35,872 bases of DNA from Nitrospirota bacterium (GCA_040758355.1 JBFLWF010000023.1:1-35872); one strand, 5' to 3'. Shown: positions 18,869-28,966, counted from the stretch's first letter. Made by a program: numbers and translations. Notes: generated from the sequence alone by a model not told the origin.

Positions 18869-19984
18869 ATGAAAATAGAGTTCTTCAGACATGCCATAAA
18901 CAATGAGGATATTGAAAGGGCTAACAAGGTTTTAAAATCAATTTTTCTTACCAATGCAGATGTAACCAGTGAGTTTGAGAGAAAGTTTGCACAATATCTT
19001 GATACGAAACACTGCATCGCAGTAAGTTCATGCACTGCTGCTTTGCATATGTCTTTAATAGCCCTTGGAATAAACGAAGGAGATGAGATTATAACCACTC
19101 CATTAAGTTTTGTCGCCACTGCGAATGCAATACTTCATGCAGGTGCACGACCTGTTTTCGTTGATGTAGAAAAGGAAACCGGAAATATCGATGTTACAAA
19201 AATTGAAGAGAAGATTACAGGGAAAACAAAGGCAATAATTCCTGTACATTTATACGGAAACATGGCTGATATGGTAAGCATAAGGAAACTGGCAGACAAG
19301 TACAATCTCAAAGTTATTGAAGATGCTGCCCACTGTATTGAAGGAGAACGGGACGGAATTCGCCCTGGAATACTATCTGACACCGCTTGTTTTTCTTTTT
19401 ATGCTACTAAAAATATAACCTCCGGCGAAGGGGGCGCTGTTGTATGTCATGACAAAGAATTGGCCGAAAAATTCTACATGCTCAGACTTCATGGCATAGA
19501 TAAAGATGCGGGTAGCAGATATACAAAAAGATACAGCCACTGGGATATGAAAATGCTGGGATGGAAATATAATATATCGGATATACAATCAGCCCTCCTC
19601 ATTGGTCAGTTAGATAGAATCGAAGAGAATCTTGCAAAGAGAGAGGCAATAGCATCTTTTTACGAAAGAGAATTCGATAGGTTAGGTATAGACTATATAA
19701 AGGTTCCTAAAAATACAAAATCGGCAAGGCATTTGTTTGCCATGTTGGTTGATAATAGGGATGAGGTTTTGGTCAAGCTGCAAAAGGCGGGTATCGGTGT
19801 GGCAGTAAATTACAGGCCCATACATCTCCATACTTATTATAAGAATACATTTGGATACAAAGATGGAGATTTTCCTATTGCAGAATATATCGGAAACAGA
19901 GCAATATCTATCCCGTTATATCCAGGACTTACTGATAAAGAAACCGAGTATATTGTTAACACATTAAAATCTATAGTCAAGTAA
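18869..19984 (+). CDS. DegT/DnrJ/EryC1/StrS PLP-dependent sugar aminotransferase
   Basis: SSCTAALH, PVHLYG, IEDAAH, FSFYATKNITSGEGG. Confidence 0.92.
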   Translation: MKIEFFRHAINNEDIERANKVLKSIFLTNADVTSEFERKFAQYLDTKHCIAVSSCTAALHMSLIALGINEGDEIITTPLSFVATANAILHAGARPVFVDVEKETGNIDVTKIEEKITGKTKAIIPVHLYGNMADMVSIRKLADKYNLKVIEDAAHCIEGERDGIRPGILSDTACFSFYATKNITSGEGGAVVCHDKELAEKFYMLRLHGIDKDAGSRYTKRYSHWDMKMLGWKYNISDIQSALLIGQLDRIEENLAKREAIASFYEREFDRLGIDYIKVPKNTKSARHLFAMLVDNRDEVLVKLQKAGIGVAVNYRPIHLHTYYKNTFGYKDGDFPIAEYIGNRAISIPLYPGLTDKETEYIVNTLKSIVK

Positions 19985-19996
19985 AGTGGATTAGAA

Positions 19997-20998
19997 ATGA
20001 AAGAATGCATGATATACGGTGCGGGATTGAGCGGAGCAGTGGCACAATTAGTGCTCGAAGGAACTTACGGGTATAAATGTGTCAATTTTATAGACGATTC
20101 ACAGTCAAAGCAGGGAACCTGTTTCAATGATATTAAGGTTATAGCTATGGAAGATGCACTCGAGTTGTGCAAGGAAGGAAATATAGAAATACTCGTGTCA
20201 TCGGAGCAATATTGGTTTGAGATGGAGAGGAAGCTAATAGACTCTGGTTTCCAAAATTACAGGATATTCCATTATGCGACTTATATTGATGACGGCAAAC
20301 AGATAAACTATGGATTTATTGACCCAAGTCTTGCAAGAGAAGCAGAGACCCTCTTTGAGGACGAGTATTCAAAACTAATATATAAAAACATCCTTGAACA
20401 TAAAAAGTTAAACAAAAGCTATTATGTCAATCTTCATGACCAGTATTTCCTTCATTATGCGATAAAAGGTGATGATATTGTATTTGACTGCGGAGCTGCT
20501 TATGGGTGGTTTACCCAACGGGTATTGTCCCATCTCAAAACAGGGAGGGTTTTTGCATTTGAGCCCGATCCTGTGTTGTTTAGCAGGCTCGAATCTCAAT
20601 ATAAGGATAATAAAGCTGTTGTAACGGTTAATGCAGGGGTTTTTAGTGAAAGGTCGGCTGTAAGGTTTAACACCACTCTTGGCTCTGGCTGTAACAAAAT
20701 AGATGGATGCGGAGACGCTTTGATCAATGTTGTGGACATTGATACCTTCGTGAAGGAGAATAAGATAGAGAAAGTGGATTTTATTAAGATGGATATAGAA
20801 GGTGCGGAACTCGATGCTGTAATCGGAGCTCAGGATACAATAAGACTTTTCAAGCCTGCCCTTGCTATCTGTGTGTACCACAAGAGAGAGGATATATGGA
20901 ATATCCCGATAAAAATAAAAGAGACCAGAAAAGACTATAAACTCTTTCTTGACCAGCATGGAATATGGATGGGCGAAACGGTTCTGTATGCTGTCTGA
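19997..20998 (+). CDS. FkbM family methyltransferase with an N-terminal Rossmann-like domain
   Basis: FDCGAAYG, FAFEPD, FIKMDIEGAE, LAICVYH; N-terminal IYGAG..G. Confidence 0.88.
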   Translation: MKECMIYGAGLSGAVAQLVLEGTYGYKCVNFIDDSQSKQGTCFNDIKVIAMEDALELCKEGNIEILVSSEQYWFEMERKLIDSGFQNYRIFHYATYIDDGKQINYGFIDPSLAREAETLFEDEYSKLIYKNILEHKKLNKSYYVNLHDQYFLHYAIKGDDIVFDCGAAYGWFTQRVLSHLKTGRVFAFEPDPVLFSRLESQYKDNKAVVTVNAGVFSERSAVRFNTTLGSGCNKIDGCGDALINVVDIDTFVKENKIEKVDFIKMDIEGAELDAVIGAQDTIRLFKPALAICVYHKREDIWNIPIKIKETRKDYKLFLDQHGIWMGETVLYAV

Positions 20999-21030
20999 GC
21001 ATATAAGAGCAGATTGCAGGAGATCGCAGC

Positions 21031-21864
21031 TTGTATTACAAAATAATTCTCAGAATCCTTGAGGAGTTCGGGGGGAATTTAGTTAATCCCAAAATTCTTG
21101 ATTTCGGGTGCGGAACAGGGAACATCGCTCTTGAATTGCGAAAATTGTCTTTTGATGTTTACGGTGTTGACATAGATAAACAGGCTATAGAAGAAGCCAG
21201 ACAAAAATTTTCAGAAAATAAATTTGAGGGGGAAAGAATACAACTGATTGATTCGCAAAAAGAATTTTTTGAGATTAAATCGGATTACAAACTGCCGTTT
21301 GGTGCCGGGTTTTTTGATTTTATATATGCATATCAGGTTTTAGAACATATCTCTGATATGGACAAGGCATTGCAGGAGTTGTGCAGGGTTCTGAAACAGG
21401 GTGGATTTATATTCGCCGAGTTTCCGTCCTCTTACAGTATTATTGAACCCCATCTAAAATTACCATTTGTTCATTGGTTGCCGTATTCAGGCGTCAGAGT
21501 TAGATATATAAATTTCTTTTATAAATTAGGTGTCGGTCTTTATCCGCATGTCGATGGAGAATCGCATAGCGAATATCTGAAAAAGGGGGTTTTTTACAGA
21601 GGCCATAGAGAAATGGATTCGATACTTTCGCGATATTTTTATGTTAAGGACATTGCATTTTTCAGGAGGAAAATAATTTTTGACAAAAATATGGTGTTCA
21701 CACTTTCTGACCTGATGAGATATCTTCTCGGACTAAAGAACGTCGGACAGTCTCACGAGAATAAAACAGAAAGAAATTGTCTTGTGAATGTATATATTCG
21801 CCTATACACATATTTTTATTCTCTGTTCAGAAACAGGTCATTGATTTTGATGAAGAGGGCTTAA
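21031..21864 (+). CDS. Class I SAM-dependent methyltransferase
   Basis: ILDFGCGTG, FDFIYAYQVLEHI, EPHLKLPFVHWLP. TTG start with AGGAG upstream. Confidence 0.85.
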   Translation: MYYKIILRILEEFGGNLVNPKILDFGCGTGNIALELRKLSFDVYGVDIDKQAIEEARQKFSENKFEGERIQLIDSQKEFFEIKSDYKLPFGAGFFDFIYAYQVLEHISDMDKALQELCRVLKQGGFIFAEFPSSYSIIEPHLKLPFVHWLPYSGVRVRYINFFYKLGVGLYPHVDGESHSEYLKKGVFYRGHREMDSILSRYFYVKDIAFFRRKIIFDKNMVFTLSDLMRYLLGLKNVGQSHENKTERNCLVNVYIRLYTYFYSLFRNRSLILMKRA

Positions 21865-21888
21865 TGATAGAGATGGCGGTGATTATAA

Positions 21889-22620
21889 ATGGCTGATTAT
21901 GCAAAGAGGGATGCTGTTTTATCAAATATCATAGCTAAAGCGCTCCAGCGGTCAAATGGCAGTTACCGTTCATATCTGATGACAAAAAAGTTCGGGTACC
22001 TGTTGATCAGTAAATATTTTATCGGGGAAAATGTTTTAGAGATGGGCAGCGATGAGTCTCCAACCACATCCATATTGGCAAGATGGTCAGAAAAGCTTAC
22101 AGTTGTTGATATGGCAGATAAATTTTCTAAAAAGATATTAAAGGATAAAAAACTTGCTACTGTAAGGTTTATCCGTTCAAGGTGGGAGGAATACACTCCG
22201 GATGAAAGATATTCCGATATAGTCTTAACAGACGGGCTGGAACATACGGAGGATCCGGTAGAAATACTATCCATCGCAAAGAATTGGTTGTCGAAAGACG
22301 GCAGGATGCACATCATAGTCCCTAATGCACTAAGTGTTCACAGGTTGTTAGGAGCGGAGATGGGCTATCTGGATACACCTTATTCCCTCAACCAGAATGA
22401 TATGGAATCGGGACATATAAGGGTTTATGATATCGATCTGTTGAAGTCAGACATTAAAAAGGCAGGATTGTCTATATTAACGATGCAGGGAGTGCAATTA
22501 AAGCCGCTTACGGATGGGCATCTGACAAAATTTCCTGTGGAATATATCGAAGCGCTGAACAGAATCTCTCATCTGTTCAATAATTATTGCGCAGAGATAT
22601 ATGTATGCTGCATAAGATGA
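21889..22620 (+). CDS. Class I SAM methyltransferase-like protein
   Basis: VLEMGS, LEHTEDP, IIVPNA..HR, GHIRVYD. The Gly-rich motif I is degenerate. Confidence 0.7.
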   Translation: MADYAKRDAVLSNIIAKALQRSNGSYRSYLMTKKFGYLLISKYFIGENVLEMGSDESPTTSILARWSEKLTVVDMADKFSKKILKDKKLATVRFIRSRWEEYTPDERYSDIVLTDGLEHTEDPVEILSIAKNWLSKDGRMHIIVPNALSVHRLLGAEMGYLDTPYSLNQNDMESGHIRVYDIDLLKSDIKKAGLSILTMQGVQLKPLTDGHLTKFPVEYIEALNRISHLFNNYCAEIYVCCIR

Positions 22621-23753
22621 ATAAAATCGCCTTTATTACTCAAAACCTTTATTTCGGCGGTGTTCAGAGGGTTGTCTCAAAACTGGCAAATCATTTCGCT
22701 GAAAATAATTATGTCAGCATCGTACTGTTTGAAAACAAGCCTATAGCGTTTGATATCGATGAAAGAGTAAAAATTCATATACTACCTGAAAAGGCATTGA
22801 GTGCCTTAGTTCTGTCAAAAAAAGATGTAGGGCCGACTTTAAAGGCAGGAGAAGAGCTATATAACGATAGAGTCTCTCACCTGAAGGAGTTGGTGAGACA
22901 TATTGATGCAGATGTCTTCGTATCCTTCGAAGATTACAACAATTTAATCAGCATAGAGGCGGCAAAGTCTGTTCTTAAGGAGAAAAAACTGATTGTTTCC
23001 TCAAGAGTATCCATAGAAAACCAGTACAAGGGCGCCTTTGTGCATCTGCTGAACAATGATTTCTATGTAAACCATATCAAAAAATTGTATAAAAAAGCCG
23101 ATAGGGTGATAAGTGTAAGCGAGGGAGTGAGATTGGAACTGCAACAACTGGGGATAGGGTCGGTTGTTATACAGAACGGCATAGATATAAATGAAATAAA
23201 TACATTGACAAGAGAAGATACAGAGTTTAAAGATTATATTGTGAATGTAGGAAGACTGTATAACAAGCAGAAAGGGCAGGAAGACCTGATTAAGGCATTT
23301 GCAATGATAAAGGATTCAATAAAAGAAAATATGATTATTGTGGGCGATGGGCCTGACAGGGAGTATTTAGAGGAGATGATAAAGGGAATAAATTTGGAAA
23401 ATAGAATCGAGGTTGCGGGTTTTTCCAGAAATCCGTACAAATACATGAAAAACTCCAAATTTTTTGTGTTTCCGTCATATTACGAAGGTTTTCCCAATAC
23501 TCTAATCGAGGCCATGGCCTGCGGTTGCGCATGTGTAAGCTATGATTTTGCCTCATGCTTTTCCGTAGCGGACAACGGGAAATACATCAAACTCGTCGAG
23601 ACAGGAAATATCGAAGGATTGGCGAATGTGATAAAAGAATTCTGCAAAGACGGAGACATGTTGTCTTTCTATAAGAAAGCGGCTGCTGAGAGGGCAAAGG
23701 ATTTTGATATATCGGTTATGCTTAAGAAATGGGAGGAGGTCATCAATAGTTAA
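22617..23753 (+). CDS. GT4 glycosyltransferase
   Basis: GGVQRV, VGRL..QKG, FVFPSYYEGFPNTLIEAMACG. ATG at 22617 in an ATGA overlap. Confidence 0.9.
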   Translation: MNKIAFITQNLYFGGVQRVVSKLANHFAENNYVSIVLFENKPIAFDIDERVKIHILPEKALSALVLSKKDVGPTLKAGEELYNDRVSHLKELVRHIDADVFVSFEDYNNLISIEAAKSVLKEKKLIVSSRVSIENQYKGAFVHLLNNDFYVNHIKKLYKKADRVISVSEGVRLELQQLGIGSVVIQNGIDINEINTLTREDTEFKDYIVNVGRLYNKQKGQEDLIKAFAMIKDSIKENMIIVGDGPDREYLEEMIKGINLENRIEVAGFSRNPYKYMKNSKFFVFPSYYEGFPNTLIEAMACGCACVSYDFASCFSVADNGKYIKLVETGNIEGLANVIKEFCKDGDMLSFYKKAAAERAKDFDISVMLKKWEEVINS

Positions 23754-24489
23754 TATTACTCTTCTTGGGACAGGCACCTGTCAGATAGAAAAAGACAGGA
23801 TGGCGTCAAGTGTTCTAATAGAGGTTGATGCTGTAAAGGTTGTCTTTGACTTTGGCAGGGGTGTTTCACAGAGGATTTATGAACTGTCTTTAAGACAGGA
23901 TGACATTCAACACATTGTAATTTCCCATTTTCATCCGGATCATATATCCGATTTAATCCCGTTTCTACATGCAGGTCTTTATTCGCCTGATGATTTGAGA
24001 ATCAAGGATTTGAATATCTATGGGCCGTCCGGCATCAGGGAGAAAATCGGTCTTGTTTTGGATATAGTAGGCCCCAAAAGTATAGCCAATGCAAGGTTTA
24101 AGGTGAATATCCACGAGATAACAGATAAGAGATTTCCTATAAACAATCTTGAATTCGAGTTTATACGGTTATCCCATGAAAACAACAGCGGGTTAAGATT
24201 TGTGCATGATGGAAAGGTATATGCTTTTACCGGAGATATAGCGTTTGACGAGAAGGAAATAAATTTTTTAAAGGATTCCGATTTTGCGGTTTTAAATGTT
24301 GGAGGACTTAAAGACGAAAATATAATAGACATAGCTTTTCTGACACAGGTAAAGACAATTGTTTGTTCTCACTTATACAGGGATATGGATGAAGAAAAGC
24401 TTAATTCTCTGTCGATAGAAAAGGGATACAAAGGCAGGATCGTGATTGGAAGGGACTTGATGAAATGGACAGATACCAGATTGGCATAG
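23746..24489 (+). CDS. MBL-fold metallohydrolase (RNase Z-like)
   Basis: ITLLGTG, FDFGRG, SHFHPDH (HxHxDH), YGPSG, FTGD, SHLY. Start uncertain: TTG at 23704 or ATA at 23746. Confidence 0.75.
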   Translation: MVNITLLGTGTCQIEKDRMASSVLIEVDAVKVVFDFGRGVSQRIYELSLRQDDIQHIVISHFHPDHISDLIPFLHAGLYSPDDLRIKDLNIYGPSGIREKIGLVLDIVGPKSIANARFKVNIHEITDKRFPINNLEFEFIRLSHENNSGLRFVHDGKVYAFTGDIAFDEKEINFLKDSDFAVLNVGGLKDENIIDIAFLTQVKTIVCSHLYRDMDEEKLNSLSIEKGYKGRIVIGRDLMKWTDTRLA

Positions 24490-25052
24490 CAAACGGAAGA
24501 TTTCAGATACTCCATATGGGGCATATGGAGTATCTCCTTGCATGTAAGGAGAGGTGCGAACATCTCATAATCGGCATTACCGATCCCGATCCTACAAGGT
24601 CATTCTTCGAGCCGGACATTGATAGCGAAGACCCGAGAGAACCTTTTAGGAGCGTTTCGTATCCTTTTTATACTTTTACTTTTTATGAAAGGGCCCTTAT
24701 GATAAAAGAGTCTCTATTGGAGGCAGGCATAGACAGAACATCCTTTGAGATAGTCCCGTTTCCCATACATTTCCCGAAGCTTCTGAAATACTATATTCCG
24801 ATGGATGCGGTTGTTTTTGTGACAATCTATGATGATTGGGGATATAAAAAAGTGGATATTCTCAAGTCACTTGGGCTACAGGTGGAAATCCTCTGGGTAA
24901 GGGATATGTCGGAGAGATTCACTACCGGAACTGAGGTGAGAGAACTTATTGCAAATAGCAGCAAATGGGAACATTTTGTGCCGCATGGTGTGGTCAGGGT
25001 AATTAGAAAACTGAAGCTTGAAGAGAAACTTAAAAGACTGGGGAATGGTTAG
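24465..25052 (+). CDS. HxGH nucleotidyltransferase (NMN/NaMN adenylyltransferase- or cytidylyltransferase-like)
   Basis: GRFQILHMGH, FTFYER, TGTEVRELI, W...VP. Confidence 0.8.
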   Translation: MDRYQIGIANGRFQILHMGHMEYLLACKERCEHLIIGITDPDPTRSFFEPDIDSEDPREPFRSVSYPFYTFTFYERALMIKESLLEAGIDRTSFEIVPFPIHFPKLLKYYIPMDAVVFVTIYDDWGYKKVDILKSLGLQVEILWVRDMSERFTTGTEVRELIANSSKWEHFVPHGVVRVIRKLKLEEKLKRLGNG

Positions 25053-25057
25053 TTAAA

Positions 25058-26905
25058 ATGTGTGGTATCCTGGGCATAGTTGGAAATTATGACGAAAAAA
25101 CAGTTTTAAAAGCCTTAAGGCTTTTAAGCCACAGGGGGCCGGACAATCTCGGCTATTATAAAGACGGCAATTCTTTCTTGGGGCATACGAGGCTTTCGAT
25201 ACTCGATCTGTCTTCAAAGGGAAATCAGCCCATGTCAGACATGGAAGGAAGTATCTGGATTGTCTTCAATGGAGAGATTTACAACTTCAAAGAGATAAGA
25301 AGCGACCTGGAGAGGCATTACCAATTCAGAAGCAATACAGATACGGAGGTTTTAATTTATGCGTATAAGCATTATGGCCTGGATATCTTTAAGAAGATTA
25401 ACGGTATGTTTGCATTTGCCATATGGGACAGAGAAAAAAATATATTTCTCTTAGCAAGGGACAGATTCGGGAAAAAGCCGCTCTATTATACCTTTCAGAA
25501 TGGAAACTTCATATTTTCATCAGAGATAAAGGCAATCTTGCCCTTACTTGACAGAAGGCCTCGGATAAACAAGACAGCATTCCTTCAATATTTGAGTTTT
25601 CTATCGAGCCTGCCTCCTAACACCATGTTTGAAGGCATAAATAAGCTGCAGGCCGGACATTACCTGATATTCGACGGGACAGGGATAAAGATAGAGGAGT
25701 ATTATGACATTCTGGATAATGTACAGCCCTACAAGATAAAAAATCTGAATGAAGCTTTAGAGGAGATAGAGAGCATTCTGATAGACAGCGTGAGACACAG
25801 GCTAGTAGCAGATGTAGAGGTGGGAAGCTTTTTATCGGGTGGCATAGATTCTTCACTCGTAAGCGCCGTATACAGCCTGCAAAATAGAAGCCAGATACAT
25901 ACTTTTTCTATAGGCTATGACGATTATAAACAGTATGATGAGCTTATGTATGCAAATAGAGTTGTCAGCCATATCAACTCCATCCATCATGATAAATCCG
26001 CATCCAAAGAGGATTTTATCGATGTTGTCGATGATGTTGTATATCATCTGGATGAGCCAGTAAACGACCCTGCTTGCATTCCTACATACCTTCTGTCACG
26101 GCTCGTAATGGAAAATAATATAAAGGTTATCTTGACAGGGGAGGGAAGCGATGAAGATTTCTTAGGATACGATTTTTATTTTGAGATGATCAAATATTGC
26201 AACTTGCAGAACCAATTGAACGAAAAAGAGTTCCTGCTCGCTTATTTCCTCGATAACTTCAATCTCTCAAAGAGGTGGGAATACTTTAAAAGAAGCCTTG
26301 GCGATTTGCCGGTATATAGAACCATTGGAGAAAACTTCACCGACAGACAGAAAAAGCTGCTGCTTGCCGGGGATGCCTTTAAAAATCTTCACGATGACAT
26401 GTCCTATGAATTTCTTGAAGCACATTGGAGGAACTTCAAAGAATCCGGATTGAAGGAGCCTTCCTACTGGCTCTCATACATAGACTTTAAAATATGGATG
26501 CCTGAAGTGCTGATGATGAAGGTCGATAAGATGACAATGGCTCATTCGATAGAGAGCAGGTCCCCGTTTCTTGACCACAGGCTTGTGGAGCTCATATTCA
26601 GCATTGACTGCAAATTGAGAGAAGGGAGCAAGACAAAGGCATTATTAAAGCCTATCGCAGAGAGATTTATTCCTGCAGAAATTGTTTGCAGGCAAAAAAA
26701 GGGTTTTTCGAGCCCGTATCTGGAGTGGTATTACGAACATTACGGAGATAAAATCTTGAAAGAGTGGTTTGATATGAATAAGGAGCTTGGGTGGTTTAAT
26801 GATGAATTTCTCGAATTCCTTTATAATGAAGGCAGCAGGGGGATGTTTAAGCAGCATGTCTGGTCGTTAATTGTATTCTCGAAATGGTTTAGGATATATA
26901 AATGA
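25058..26905 (+). CDS. asnB: Glutamine-hydrolysing AsnB-family amidotransferase (copy 2)
   Basis: MCGILG, HRGPD, FNGEIYN, LSGGIDSS, LTGEGSDE, RSPFLD. Confidence 0.9.
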   Translation: MCGILGIVGNYDEKTVLKALRLLSHRGPDNLGYYKDGNSFLGHTRLSILDLSSKGNQPMSDMEGSIWIVFNGEIYNFKEIRSDLERHYQFRSNTDTEVLIYAYKHYGLDIFKKINGMFAFAIWDREKNIFLLARDRFGKKPLYYTFQNGNFIFSSEIKAILPLLDRRPRINKTAFLQYLSFLSSLPPNTMFEGINKLQAGHYLIFDGTGIKIEEYYDILDNVQPYKIKNLNEALEEIESILIDSVRHRLVADVEVGSFLSGGIDSSLVSAVYSLQNRSQIHTFSIGYDDYKQYDELMYANRVVSHINSIHHDKSASKEDFIDVVDDVVYHLDEPVNDPACIPTYLLSRLVMENNIKVILTGEGSDEDFLGYDFYFEMIKYCNLQNQLNEKEFLLAYFLDNFNLSKRWEYFKRSLGDLPVYRTIGENFTDRQKKLLLAGDAFKNLHDDMSYEFLEAHWRNFKESGLKEPSYWLSYIDFKIWMPEVLMMKVDKMTMAHSIESRSPFLDHRLVELIFSIDCKLREGSKTKALLKPIAERFIPAEIVCRQKKGFSSPYLEWYYEHYGDKILKEWFDMNKELGWFNDEFLEFLYNEGSRGMFKQHVWSLIVFSKWFRIYK

Positions 26906-27987
26906 AGAAAGAAAATATGAATACGATCTGGTTTGATATAGTAACGCCCAAGTTCGTTCTGTTTTTTAAAGATATGATCAGGAAATTTCAGGAGCTTGGA
27001 TACGAAACGCTTGTCACGGCCAGAAAGAGCGAAGGATATACCGAAGTCACAGAACTTCTGAATATTCATCGTATCGAATATTTCGAAATTGGCAGCTTCG
27101 GCGGAGAGAAGCTCAGAAACAAACTGACTGCCAGCATGGAGAGGCAGGTTGCCCTCTGCGAACTGCTCCGAAACTTCAAGGTTAAAACTCTTATATCAGG
27201 ATGCTCTGTGGATGCCAACAGGGTCGCCTTCGGGCTGAACATTCCTAATATAAATTTTTATGATATTCCCTTATCCGACTATACCACAAACTTTAAAAAG
27301 GCATTGCCGCAGGCAAGGCTGACTATTCCCCTTTCCACTCTTATATTCCATCCGTTTATTGTTCCGAGAGAGATTTTTTTAAGGCTGGCGCTGGAAGATG
27401 ACCAGATACTGAGCTATAACTGTATTGACCCGTTTGTATGGCTCAGGAATTTCAAGCCCAGCAAAGAATATATAGAGAGCGAGCTTAAAATAAAACTGGA
27501 CAAACCGCTGATTGTTATAAGGGAAGAGGAGTTTAAGGCATCCTATGTGACTGAAAAGTATTCTCTTCTATATGATGGTTTGGCGAAATTAACTAAAAAA
27601 ATAGATGCAAACTATGTAATTATTCCGAGATATGAGAGCAAGCCTTTAAAGGATCTGTTTCCGTTTGCCATGATTCTCGACAATGCCTCGGTGATACAGC
27701 ACCTGCTCGCTTATGCCGACTTATTTATCGGAGGCGGAGGGACTATAAACATAGAGGCCACGTATTTTGGCACGCCGACAATCTCGACGAGGTCTTTTAT
27801 CTCTCACTATGATAAATATCTTATAGATAAGGGCCTGATGCAATGGGTGGATAGTGCCGATATGCTGGTGGATATAGCTATGAATATAATGGGAAAACCG
27901 AGAAAAAGGCTTGCAGAGGGTGTATATAGTGCAATGGACTTTGATGAAGACACAATAGTAAATAACATATTGGAGTTGTTAGGATAA
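26902..27987 (+). CDS. DUF354-like GT-B fold protein
   Basis: IWFDIVTPK, VTAR, IREEEFKASY, LFIGGGGTINIEA...GTPTIS. Confidence 0.7.
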   Translation: MKKENMNTIWFDIVTPKFVLFFKDMIRKFQELGYETLVTARKSEGYTEVTELLNIHRIEYFEIGSFGGEKLRNKLTASMERQVALCELLRNFKVKTLISGCSVDANRVAFGLNIPNINFYDIPLSDYTTNFKKALPQARLTIPLSTLIFHPFIVPREIFLRLALEDDQILSYNCIDPFVWLRNFKPSKEYIESELKIKLDKPLIVIREEEFKASYVTEKYSLLYDGLAKLTKKIDANYVIIPRYESKPLKDLFPFAMILDNASVIQHLLAYADLFIGGGGTINIEATYFGTPTISTRSFISHYDKYLIDKGLMQWVDSADMLVDIAMNIMGKPRKRLAEGVYSAMDFDEDTIVNNILELLG

Positions 27988-27997
27988 TTGAAATTCT

Positions 27998-28966
27998 ATG
28001 AAAAAAGCCCTTTACTTTGAAATACTGAATTACAAGAAAGAGAATCTCGACCTTTTATACGATAATTTCGAAGTCATAAGGCTGAATAATCCATCAATGA
28101 TAACTCCAGACATCCTGAAGGATGTATCAGTAATATTTGCGCCATTAGGCTATTTCTTCGGAGAGGATATTTTTTCCATGTCTCCAAATCTGAAGGTGGT
28201 TGCAACCAATACAACCGGCGTTCCTCATATTGATGTTGAGCGTGCAGCAGCGAAAGGCATCAAAGTTATCTCATTAAAGGATGAAAAAGAATTTCTCAAT
28301 ACAATTACACCCACCGCAGAATTAACGATGGGATTGATAATCAATATTACAAGAAATGTAATTCCTGCAATGGAATCTGTTTTAAACGGTAAGTGGAGCA
28401 GATGGGAATTTGGAGGGCAGGCAATGCTTTCGAGGATGTCACTTGGCATTGTCGGTCTTGGAAGGCTTGGCAAGATGGTGGCAAGGTATGCAACTGCATT
28501 CGGCATGAAGGTTTTGTATTATGACCATTTTATTACGCATGAACCGCAATGGACATATAAGAGATGTGAAAGTATAGAGGAATTGGTTTCTGATGTTGAT
28601 ATTATTTCAGTGCATATTCCCATGAATGAAGAAAACAGGCATCTTTTTAATAAAAATGTATTCTCTAACTTTAAGCAGGGCTCCTATTTCATAAACACGG
28701 CAAGGGGCGAGGTAGTAGATTCTGAAGCACTTATCGATGCTTTAGAGAAAGGAATCATCAAAGGTGCGGCACTGGATGTGCTTGGCGGCGAATTTGAGCC
28801 TGATTTTCCGAACAGGGTCTTGTCCCATCCTTTGGTGCAGTATGCTCGGACGCATGATAATTTGATTATCACACCCCACATTGCTGGCTCAACAGAAGAT
28901 GCATGGTATCTGACACAGCGTCATGTAATAGAACAGACTATTGAGTATATGAGGAGATTTCAATGA
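27998..28966 (+). CDS. D-isomer-specific 2-hydroxyacid dehydrogenase family protein
   Basis: GIVGLGRLG, FINTARG, AALDV, ITPHIAG. Confidence 0.88.
   Translation: MKKALYFEILNYKKENLDLLYDNFEVIRLNNPSMITPDILKDVSVIFAPLGYFFGEDIFSMSPNLKVVATNTTGVPHIDVERAAAKGIKVISLKDEKEFLNTITPTAELTMGLIINITRNVIPAMESVLNGKWSRWEFGGQAMLSRMSLGIVGLGRLGKMVARYATAFGMKVLYYDHFITHEPQWTYKRCESIEELVSDVDIISVHIPMNEENRHLFNKNVFSNFKQGSYFINTARGEVVDSEALIDALEKGIIKGAALDVLGGEFEPDFPNRVLSHPLVQYARTHDNLIITPHIAGSTEDAWYLTQRHVIEQTIEYMRRFQ

Noticed and set aside
21889..22620. Methyltransferase pseudogene because of the degenerate motif I (LEMGSDES)
   Set aside because: The ORF is intact, translationally coupled and keeps its other family motifs, so there is no evidence of decay.
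138..26905. Lasso-peptide cluster (transglutaminase-like peptidase plus AsnB-like cyclase)
   Set aside because: Both AsnBs keep the N-terminal Cys glutaminase domain and sit among sugar genes. The transglutaminase is large and secreted, and no RRE or precursor was seen.
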